Positions 1 to 6,504 of a DNA stretch of 28,476 nt are shown here, piece by piece. Source of the stretch: a virus. Lineage: Duplodnaviria; Caudoviricetes. Made by a program: the position numbers and the translations under genes. Under the pieces are notes generated by a model, which was not told the origin of the DNA, did not search any database, and worked only from the letters and a program-made list of their open reading frames with translations. Location: positions 1 to 28,476 of the IMG/VR virus record IMGVR_UViG_3300010376_000104. One strand, given 5' to 3'. Position 1 is the stretch's first letter; every line of letters begins with the position of its first letter.

Positions 1-31
1 CCACCTAATTGCTGCCCATAACCTGGCCGCT

Positions 32-2209
32 ATGGGCGTTCCCATATTCCGCTGCCGCCTTGACGCTGAAGGCAACCCGGAAGGCCGTCTGGCCCAGCGC
101 TGGCAGCAGACAGAGGCCGGAGAAGCGAGCCATAAAGCCATAGACCTCTGGGAGCCCGGCATGGGGCTCTGCGCCGTTACCGGTCACGTATTTGATGTCA
201 TCGACATCGACCCACGGAATGGCGGTGACGACTCCTGGCCGCTCTTGCTCGCGCGGCTCGCAGAAGACCCACCACTCATTTTCGGCATGGCCGCTACTCC
301 GTCGCGCGGTGCCCACTTCTGGATCACGGCCCAGAACGTCGCCAAGACCAAGCTCATGAAGGGAATCGACCTACAGGCCCGTGGCGGATTTGTGTTTATC
401 GCGCCTACGCTCCGGCCATCGAAAGCGGATGACGATGATGGCGCGCTCCGGCCGTACCGGTGGGTGTCCGATGTCCACTGGCAGTCCACTCCGTGGTACC
501 ACCGGCCGTCGCTCGCCTTTGGGGAGCTGCCCTGGGCCATCCCCAGCCAGAACGGCTCCGGCTCGCGCCGGAGAGGCCGCAGGAGCCCAGAAGAACTGAT
601 GGGCGACGTTCTAGCCGCAGAGGTAGGCGAGCAGCGCGGAGCCCTGCTCCTGCTTGTCCAGGAGTGGGAGATGCGCGGCCTAGGCCGCGAGGCGATCAAG
701 GACACGCTCCGGAACTTCCTGCCGAAAGTACCAATGTACGATCCTGTCAAAGGCCCGTGGTATCCGGCCAAGGGTGGCAATCCGGATCGCTGGATCAACG
801 GCCTGCTATCGCGGGAAGGCCGGATCATCCCGGACGCCACGGAGGATGAGCTTGAAGGCATAAATGACGTCATCCCGAATCGCGTATATGAGGCCGACCC
901 AGAGGAAATCGCATTCTGGGAATCGCGGCCAATCCTCCGGCATATCTATGACTGGTCGCGCGCTCGCCTCGCCTCTCCGTGGGCTGTGCTAGGTGAGGCG
1001 ATGGCCGGCGCAATCTGCCGCACACCTCCGACATTCCAGCTACCGCCCACAACAGGAGGCAACGGCACGCTGAATATGCTAATTGCCCTAGTCGGTAAGT
1101 CCGGAGCCGGAAAGAATGCTGCCACGGCTACAGCGCGAGCGGCATTTAAGTGGACTGGTGTAAAGGGACTCCTGGACCGCGTTGGGACGGAGGAAGTCCC
1201 ACGAATCCCGCTAGGCTCCGGTGAGGGACTTGCCAAGTCATTCGGATTCAATCACCGTGACAAGACAACCGGGCAGACTTCGCTAGTCCGGACGTACGAC
1301 TCAGTAATTGTAGTCATCCCGGAAATCGATACATTCTCTGCCATAAATGCGCGCTCCGGCGCTACGATATCGCCGGAACTGCGGAAGCTCTATTCCGGCG
1401 AGACGCTAGGCTTTGGTTGGGCGGATATCTCCAAGCGGGTAATCATCCCGGAGCACGAATACCGGTCAGTGGTAATCGCCGGAGTCCAGCCCGGACGTGG
1501 CGAGGCAATCCTTAACGATATCGACGGAGGATTCGCCCAGCGCTGGCTCTGGCTTCCGGCTACTGATCCAAACGCACCAGACGGAGAGCTAGCCGACCCA
1601 CCCGTGGTCGAGTGGGAGCCTCCAGGACTAATCCCAGGTCTCGCCCATTCCGATGGACCGCACATCATGAAGGTATTCGCCGGAGCCGCAGCTGAGATGC
1701 GCGCCGCGAGGCTCAGGGAGCTGCGAGGCGAGACTGACGATATGGAGTCGCACGCGCTCTATACGCGGCTAAAGGTGGCCGCAGGGCTTGCGCTCCTGGA
1801 CGGGCAGGACCGTATCCGCGAGGCCGACTGGAAGCTATCTGCATTCGTGATGACCGTCAGCAAGCGGACTCGCCTAGAAATACAAAAGCATCTCGCTCAG
1901 AAAGCGCACGAAGATAACCTAGCAAAAGGCCGTGCGGAAGGAATCCGGCGCGAGGTAGCAGACACCGCAGCGCAGAGGCAGGTAAACACAAAGATCGCTA
2001 TCAAGGTCATGGAAATCCTCGCGGACGGAGAATGGGCCGGATACAACGCAATCGGGAAAAGGGTATATCAGGCCTACCGGGAACACCTCCGAAGCGTGCT
2101 GAATACGCTCATCGAACTAGGCAAGATAGAATCACGAGGCTACACCAATCAGAACGGTGTTAAGGGCCATCAATACCGTAGAATCAGCCGGGTAGATTCA
2201 GCCGGGTAG
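32..2209 (+). CDS. Bifunctional DNA primase/polymerase (Prim-Pol) fused to a C-terminal P-loop helicase-like domain
   Basis: N-terminal Prim-Pol motifs DVIDIDPRNGG, TPSRGAHFW and GIDLQARGGFVFIAPT. C-terminal Walker A ALVGKSGAGKN with downstream VVIPEID. 725 aa. Start codon uncertain because it lies near the window edge. Confidence 0.85.
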   Translation: MGVPIFRCRLDAEGNPEGRLAQRWQQTEAGEASHKAIDLWEPGMGLCAVTGHVFDVIDIDPRNGGDDSWPLLLARLAEDPPLIFGMAATPSRGAHFWITAQNVAKTKLMKGIDLQARGGFVFIAPTLRPSKADDDDGALRPYRWVSDVHWQSTPWYHRPSLAFGELPWAIPSQNGSGSRRRGRRSPEELMGDVLAAEVGEQRGALLLLVQEWEMRGLGREAIKDTLRNFLPKVPMYDPVKGPWYPAKGGNPDRWINGLLSREGRIIPDATEDELEGINDVIPNRVYEADPEEIAFWESRPILRHIYDWSRARLASPWAVLGEAMAGAICRTPPTFQLPPTTGGNGTLNMLIALVGKSGAGKNAATATARAAFKWTGVKGLLDRVGTEEVPRIPLGSGEGLAKSFGFNHRDKTTGQTSLVRTYDSVIVVIPEIDTFSAINARSGATISPELRKLYSGETLGFGWADISKRVIIPEHEYRSVVIAGVQPGRGEAILNDIDGGFAQRWLWLPATDPNAPDGELADPPVVEWEPPGLIPGLAHSDGPHIMKVFAGAAAEMRAARLRELRGETDDMESHALYTRLKVAAGLALLDGQDRIREADWKLSAFVMTVSKRTRLEIQKHLAQKAHEDNLAKGRAEGIRREVADTAAQRQVNTKIAIKVMEILADGEWAGYNAIGKRVYQAYREHLRSVLNTLIELGKIESRGYTNQNGVKGHQYRRISRVDSAG

Positions 2210-2341
2210 GATTCAGCCGGGTAGGCGAGCGCGGTTTCACTCGCTTTCATATAATACCTGGTGAATGGTATAAAAATATCATAATTATAGGCGAAAGAGC
2301 GCGGCCAGCCGGGTAGAATCTACCCGGCTACCCGGCTGAAT
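2184..2341. repeat. Iteron cluster with AT-rich core; candidate phage replication origin
   Basis: TCAGCCGGGTAG at 2184, 2198 and 2213, CAGCCGGGTAG at 2306, and inverted copies at 2320-2329 and 2328-2341. These flank an AT-rich stretch at ~2245-2289, directly after the replication gene. Confidence 0.75.
2246..2274 (+). promoter_or_regulatory. Sigma-70/SigA-like promoter candidate
   Basis: TTCATA-17 nt-TATAAA with an extended TGn, upstream of the ORF at 2358. May simply reflect the AT-richness of the origin. Confidence 0.4.
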
Positions 2342-2357
2342 GAGAGGACAAACCAAA

Positions 2358-2549
2358 ATGTATATAATCAGGGCACCAAAAGGAATATATGCGGTCCTGA
2401 AGTCTAATGAATTTACATTCAGGTACAAAGTTGTTGCATTCGATTGTGAAACAAAGGCGGCGCTTATCGTAAGTACGGATGGCTATCTAATACCAGCCGC
2501 AGAAACGCCAGGATTTGTTAGAATTGAAGGAATATATGAAGATGTATAA
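2358..2549 (+). CDS. Small hypothetical protein, AT-rich (moron-like)
   Basis: GAGAGGA RBS before ATG 2358. 63 aa (MYIIRAPKG...). GC content visibly lower than neighbouring genes. Confidence 0.6.
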   Translation: MYIIRAPKGIYAVLKSNEFTFRYKVVAFDCETKAALIVSTDGYLIPAAETPGFVRIEGIYEDV

Positions 2550-2556
2550 ATGTACG

Positions 2557-2594
2557 GAGAGCCCGCTGCCTCTCGCGTAGGACAGCGGCCTCTC
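2557..2594. terminator. Hairpin between convergent genes
   Basis: GAGAG/CTCTC, CCGCTG/CAGCGG and CCT/AGG stems between the stop at 2549 (+) and the stop at 2602 (-). No U-tract. Confidence 0.45.
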
Positions 2595-2601
2595 GCGCCG
2601 G

Positions 2602-2994
2602 TTAGCCGGAAATGTAGTCTCCAGCCGGTATATCGATTGTCATCGTCTCGCGGTTGACGATCACGTCTCGGCTCGCCGCAAAGTACATCGCGTGCCCTGC
2701 TTCCCGGAGGTAAAGCTGGACGTAGCCGTCCTGATCGCGGAGCCGCTCCAGGTACATGGCGACCGTAGTCGCATTCCTCGCGCCGGAGTCGCTAGGCTCT
2801 GGCCTGGCCTCCAGCACGCTCGCCTCGTGGCCGTCCCAGTCCACCTCGCGGAAATCGACCTTGCTGACGTACCGGTAATCAGCGCCTAGCGGAGTGCCGT
2901 CACCTGGGAACACGAGCCGTACGGCAAAGCCGTGATAGTCGGTCGTGGAGAGCAGCATCCGCAGCTCGCGCGTAGCGAGGAATTTGCTAGACAT
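2602..2994 (-). CDS. Hypothetical protein (130 aa)
   Basis: ATG at 2994 preceded by GAAGGAAAG RBS, adjacent to the upstream stop. Globular-looking sequence MSSKFLATRELRMLL... Confidence 0.7.
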   Translation of the reverse strand: MSSKFLATRELRMLLSTTDYHGFAVRLVFPGDGTPLGADYRYVSKVDFREVDWDGHEASVLEARPEPSDSGARNATTVAMYLERLRDQDGYVQLYLREAGHAMYFAASRDVIVNRETMTIDIPAGDYISG

Positions 2995-2995
2995 A

Positions 2996-3184
2996 TCAGC
3001 TTTCCTTCCGCTCATACCGGATACTGACGCCGCTGGCCCGGAAGGCCATGCGGGTGAGCTTGTAGAGCAGGTACGGGATGCCGAAGATGATCCAGAAGAT
3101 CCCATAGAGCAACAGCCCGATCACATAGAACGGGAACAGGATCTCATCGACCTCATGCCGGATACGCCGCTGGAAATAGTTCAT
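2996..3184 (-). CDS. Small membrane protein (62 aa)
   Basis: ATG at 3184 with GAAGG RBS. Hydrophobic segment ILFPFYVIGLLLYGIFWIIFGIPYLLY followed by basic residues. Confidence 0.7.
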   Translation of the reverse strand: MNYFQRRIRHEVDEILFPFYVIGLLLYGIFWIIFGIPYLLYKLTRMAFRASGVSIRYERKES

Positions 3185-3200
3185 TACTACTTTCGCCTTC

Positions 3201-3284
3201 CTAGTGGCAGTGGTGCTTACATTTCGGATCACGGCACTTCCCGCATTCACCCCTGAGACATGCCGTGCTTATCAGCCAGACCAT
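3201..3284 (-). CDS. 27-aa Cys/His-rich peptide, putative Zn-binding (not in ORF track)
   Basis: GAAAGG RBS. Translates as MVWLISTACLRGECGKCRDPKCKHHCH*. Fits between the ncRNA candidate and the membrane gene. Confidence 0.65.
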   Translation of the reverse strand: MVWLISTACLRGECGKCRDPKCKHHCH

Positions 3285-3310
3285 TGATTTTGCCTTTCTC
3301 TGCTACCTCG

Positions 3311-3507
3311 CTGAAGCGAGGCCGGAGCCCTGAGGTGAAACCGCGCTCGCCCGAATGGGTCTGCTCTATACCGGCCAAGCCGGAGCGGCTGCCTTACGCG
3401 GACGGAGTAGGCCGGAAGCTCGCGCTCTCAGACGCCACCCTGGCTAGCTCCGGTTTCCCGGAGCCGCACCCCAATCCCAGTACCTCAGGGCCCTGGTCTC
3501 TCTTCAG
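3311..3507 (-). ncRNA. Structured ncRNA candidate (~200 nt), family unknown
   Basis: 26-bp imperfect closing stem (3311-3336 with 3482-3507). Internal GCUCCGG-GAAA-CCGGAGC GNRA hairpin and AGCCG-CUC-CGGCU hairpin on the minus strand. Fills the gap between two minus-strand genes. Strand is inferred. Confidence 0.5.
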
Positions 3508-3525
3508 TTAGCCTTGCTATCGAGC

Positions 3526-3855
3526 CTACGCCACCGCGAGCGCCGGAGTAAGCCGGCCAGTCCGCGCGTACGTCCGGGCAACGCGGTCCAGAACCTCACA
3601 CGTCGTTAGGCTAGCGTCGTCACTCCGGGCGAGGTTACACGGGCGGCAGGCCGGCTGGACGTTGGTCCGCGCGTAGCTTCCGCCGCAGTCCTTCCGGTCA
3701 GCCTCAACAGTCTCGTACGAGAGCGCGAGCCCGCAGAACACGCAGGGAACATTCACGCCGTCGCCACCGAAACCGGAAACCTCACTCAGCATCCACAGCT
3801 TCCTGGCCCTGCGGTCCTTTGAGTTCCCGCGCTTGTCGCCACCAGCCCTAGCCAT
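3526..3855 (-). CDS. HNH-fold protein with a non-canonical active site (DR instead of DH)
   Basis: CVFC ... EADRKDCGGSYARTNVQPACRPCN. GAAGGAAGG RBS before ATG 3855. 109 aa. Confidence 0.75.
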   Translation of the reverse strand: MARAGGDKRGNSKDRRARKLWMLSEVSGFGGDGVNVPCVFCGLALSYETVEADRKDCGGSYARTNVQPACRPCNLARSDDASLTTCEVLDRVARTYARTGRLTPALAVA

Positions 3856-3891
3856 CTCACGCCTTCCTTCGCCTCTCGCCTTACGACTACA

Positions 3892-3920
3892 AATATACCC
3901 TAGAAACCTAGGTTTCGGAA
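3892..3920 (-). promoter_or_regulatory. Leftward promoter overlapped by a palindromic operator
   Basis: Minus strand TTCCGA-17 nt-TATATT. Perfect 14-bp palindrome GAAACCTAGGTTTC at 3903-3916 overlaps the spacer and -35 box. Confidence 0.5.
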
Positions 3921-4006
3921 CGTCTCCGGCCATCTTTTCAAGGAAACTTTCCGGGCTCCGGCTCCGGGCTGGGCTCCGGTGCCCAAGTCGGCTGCGCGGC
4001 CTGGCG

Positions 4007-4012
4007 TATAAT
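4007..4012 (+). promoter_or_regulatory. -10 element of a rightward promoter
   Basis: Perfect TATAAT in a GC-rich context 60 nt upstream of the HNH start. No clear -35 box. Confidence 0.4.
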
Positions 4013-4071
4013 CGGCTCTGACCAGGGGATTTGGGCCCGCACCCCTGATCAGCGCCAGGGAGGAAGCCGCG

Positions 4072-4377
4072 ATGGCTAGCGCAAGCTCGTGGAGGTCAGA
4101 GCCGCTACCGGCTGACTGGCCGGCGATTCGCTACGCCATTCTTGCGCGTGATCCGGTCTGCCGATGGGGCTCGCTTCCGGGCGAGGTAGGCCCATGCGGG
4201 CAGGACTCGACTGAGGCCGACCACACCGGCGAGGCCTGGGACCATGATCCGGCTCGCCTACGCGGCATCTGCCATCCACACCACGTGGCTCGCTCTGCGG
4301 CTCAAGGCCGCGCGGAGCTAGCCAGGCTGCGCTCGCTGCGATTCCGGCCTCCAGAGCGCCATCCAGGGCTCAGGTGA
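4072..4377 (+). CDS. Packaging-associated HNH endonuclease (HK97 gp74-like role)
   Basis: LPADW..IR..IL.RD..C ... EADH ... LRGICHPHH ... C-terminal HPGL, typical of actinophage terminase-adjacent HNH proteins. GGGAGG RBS. Confidence 0.85.
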   Translation: MASASSWRSEPLPADWPAIRYAILARDPVCRWGSLPGEVGPCGQDSTEADHTGEAWDHDPARLRGICHPHHVARSAAQGRAELARLRSLRFRPPERHPGLR

Positions 4378-4463
4378 GGCCAGATGAAGCCATTCGAGCC
4401 CTACCAGAGTGAAAGCCAAGCCTTGGGTGCAGGCCACCAGAGCCTATGCGTCAAGGTCTCGGC

Positions 4464-4848
4464 CTGGGGAGTGCCGTGGGGTACCTCCCCTCCCCTCCGG
4501 CGCATTGTTACGGAGACTCCCTATTGCGGCACCGATGGAATACAAAGCGCCATAGACATTAGAGAGATTCCCTTTAGGCACCCCCGTCCCCAGGGAAGTT
4601 CCCTTGCTAAAAGGATATCCCTTTTTGTGACAAGGATATTCCTTTTGATAGCAGACCATCCCGTACCGATGGATAGCATTAGTGCCTGCCTAGTAGTTCC
4701 TACCACCGATACATATGGTACCATAGCATTCGCGCCCTACCGATGGTACAGGGCCATGGGAGTAGTACCACCGATAATGGGAGTACCTTGCTATACCGGA
4801 GTAGTACCTAACAGGGGAGTAGTACCTCAGCAGACGGGAGTACCTACC
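4464..4848. repeat. Repeat-rich non-coding region between HNH and terS; candidate cos/packaging site
   Basis: G/C-run block GGGGTACCTCCCCTCCCC. Five AGGGA-N3-TCCCT-like palindromes (4510-4644). Five GGAGTA(GTA)CC repeats (4759-4844). Recurrent ACCGAT. Position is typical of cos sites. Confidence 0.6.
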
Positions 4849-4849
4849 G

Positions 4850-4948
4850 ATGGTTATCGACGCAAGAACAGTAGCAGGCGCAGTAGCGCTCGCCTGCCTA
4901 ATCGTTATCACGCTCGCGCTTACTAACATCGCCGGCTGGTGGACCTGA
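4850..4948 (+). CDS. 32-aa single-pass membrane peptide (not in ORF track)
   Basis: GGGAG RBS at 4836-4840. MVIDARTVAGAVALACLIVITLALTNIAGWWT*. Stop lies 3 nt before the terS ATG. Confidence 0.6.
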   Translation: MVIDARTVAGAVALACLIVITLALTNIAGWWT

Positions 4949-4951
4949 CCG

Positions 4952-5392
4952 ATGCCCGATAGGAAACAGCCCGGTAAGCGTGAGGGTGGCAAGGCCACCT
5001 CCGCTATCGATGACCCACGCTTCATAGAGGTCGCGAGAGGAACTAGCAAGCGCCACGGAATTCCTATCCCGGAAGCACCCGAACATTGGCGGCCTACCGT
5101 ACGCAGCTGGTACAATTCGCTACGTCTTTCCGGGCAGTCCGATTTCTATGAGGCTTCTGATTGGGCGCTAGCCGTTTCCGCTGCCGAAGCATACAACATT
5201 TTCCTAAAGACCTATAACGCTGCGATTTACGCCTCATTCGTCCGTATCACCGAACGTCTTGGCTGTACCGTAGCCGACCGAAAGCGTAGCCGTATCGAGC
5301 TTTCTGATCCAGATACAACCGATGTAGATGAGGATGCTGCCGAAGCAACCGTAATCGAATGGCAGGGAAGGCTGGGGATTGTGCGTGATTAA
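4952..5392 (+). CDS. terS: Terminase small subunit
   Basis: W.P.V..WY.SL..SGQS.FYE.SDW ... LG.T..DRKR.RIEL, characteristic of actinophage small terminases. Confidence 0.85.
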   Translation: MPDRKQPGKREGGKATSAIDDPRFIEVARGTSKRHGIPIPEAPEHWRPTVRSWYNSLRLSGQSDFYEASDWALAVSAAEAYNIFLKTYNAAIYASFVRITERLGCTVADRKRSRIELSDPDTTDVDEDAAEATVIEWQGRLGIVRD

Positions 5393-5723
5393 ATTCCTTT
5401 CTACGCGCCGCACAGCGGCACGGCCCAGCGGGAACAGCCGAATCAAAAACCAGATTCGGCCCATTCCCACAGGGTGGGAGATTTTCCGCATTTTCCTTTT
5501 TCACGATGTACCGATTCTACTGCTATTCGGCGCAATCTTCGCCGGAGTTTTCGCCTTGCTGGAATTGATTGTTTACGGGCAGGTGAAATTATGGCCGGAT
5601 GGACCGGAGCCCAGCCGCGCGGATTCCACGGACAGTTCGGACAGGGCAAAACCGCTCCTGGAAAAACCGCACAAGCTAAAACAGCACGGCCTAAACCACA
5701 GCCGATTCCGCCACAAGTCCTAG
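5385..5723 (+). CDS. Putative membrane protein
   Basis: GTG overlapping the end of terS. Hydrophobic segment ILLLFGAIFAGVFALLELIVYG. The 3' end overlaps the next gene by 133 nt. Confidence 0.45.
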   Translation: MIKFLSTRRTAARPSGNSRIKNQIRPIPTGWEIFRIFLFHDVPILLLFGAIFAGVFALLELIVYGQVKLWPDGPEPSRADSTDSSDRAKPLLEKPHKLKQHGLNHSRFRHKS

Positions 5724-6130
5724 CGCAAGCAGCGGCACAGCTCCGCGCACAGGCAGCCGCCCAAGCGGCCTACAAGCACATGACGCCGCAGCAGAAGTTC
5801 CAGGCAAAGCAGCTAGCGCTCGCGCAGCGAATCCTCGCGAGAGAACAGGCCGCAGCAAAGAGAGCCGCTAATGCGAAGAAATCTGCCAAGAACAGGAAGG
5901 CCGCAGCGGCAAAAAGAGCGCAAGCAAAGAAAGCAGCACTACAACGCCAGGAAGCTGCGAAGAAAGCAAGAATCGTTGCGGGCCATACACGAGCCGTAGC
6001 GCTAGGCGCAAGAGCAGGCACGGGAACGTCCGGACGGAGCGCGAGCGCCGTTCCTGCGCCGTCTGGTGCCCGTGCAGCCCCATCCCAGGCCGTAATGGCT
6101 AACCTCCGGACTTACCTATCGCACCCATAG
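5591..6130 (+). CDS. Highly basic Ala/Lys/Gln-rich protein
   Basis: AGGTGA RBS before ATG 5591. 179 aa with only two acidic residues. N-terminal QPRGFHGQF motif. Confidence 0.7.
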   Translation: MAGWTGAQPRGFHGQFGQGKTAPGKTAQAKTARPKPQPIPPQVLAQAAAQLRAQAAAQAAYKHMTPQQKFQAKQLALAQRILAREQAAAKRAANAKKSAKNRKAAAAKRAQAKKAALQRQEAAKKARIVAGHTRAVALGARAGTGTSGRSASAVPAPSGARAAPSQAVMANLRTYLSHP

Positions 6131-6141
6131 GAGAGAAAATA

Positions 6142-6495
6142 ATGATAGGCGACGATTTCAATGAATGGCGTCCCAGGAGCAAAGACGCACCAGAACAGCT
6201 CACCGCGCTAGGTAAGGCTCTCCTGTCGGCCGTTACCGTCACAGGCCCAGGAACGGCTGTTGACCTTACCGCGCAAGCCCGGAACGTTACCATGCAGGTG
6301 GTTCTCGGTGGAACCGTGGATCCACAATGCCAGGTAGCGCTCCAGGGCTCCGTCGATGGCATCAATTTCTTTGGCCTAGGCGTCGTGACCGGTAATGGCT
6401 ACTGCTCGAATACCGGTCACGTAGTTCAGTATGTCCGGGCGAACGTCCTGAAGATCGCTTCCGGAAATGTAACAGCCACGGCTAGTTACGCATAG
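6142..6495 (+). CDS. Small beta-rich putative virion structural/decoration protein
   Basis: AGGAGA RBS. VALQGSVDGINF ... VQYVRANV pattern suggests a jelly-roll-like beta sandwich. Confidence 0.6.
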   Translation: MIGDDFNEWRPRSKDAPEQLTALGKALLSAVTVTGPGTAVDLTAQARNVTMQVVLGGTVDPQCQVALQGSVDGINFFGLGVVTGNGYCSNTGHVVQYVRANVLKIASGNVTATASYA

Positions 6496-6504
6496 GAGAA
6501 AACA

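Noticed and set aside
3490-3510. Hammerhead ribozyme (CUGAAGA on the minus strand)
   Set aside because: No stem II closed by a properly placed GAAA, and no stem I/III arrangement.
3311-3855. IscB/HEARO element, retron or group I intron
   Set aside because: The protein is too short, with no RuvC or PLMP features. There is no reverse transcriptase, no interrupted host gene and no recognisable intron core.
4388-4406. tRNA 3' end (TTCGAG...ACCA)
   Set aside because: No T-stem or acceptor-stem pairing and wrong spacing. No tRNA cloverleaf was found in the window.
4759-4844. CRISPR or TIGR array
   Set aside because: Repeats (8-11 nt) and spacers (7-10 nt) are too short for CRISPR. There are no box C/D motifs and no Cas or Nop-domain gene in the window.
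4384-4926. 180-aa ORF with GVVP repeats
   Set aside because: It spans the repeat-rich presumed packaging region, has no recognisable domain, and overlaps a better-supported 32-aa ORF. Repeat periods are multiples of 3, so it is not fully excluded.
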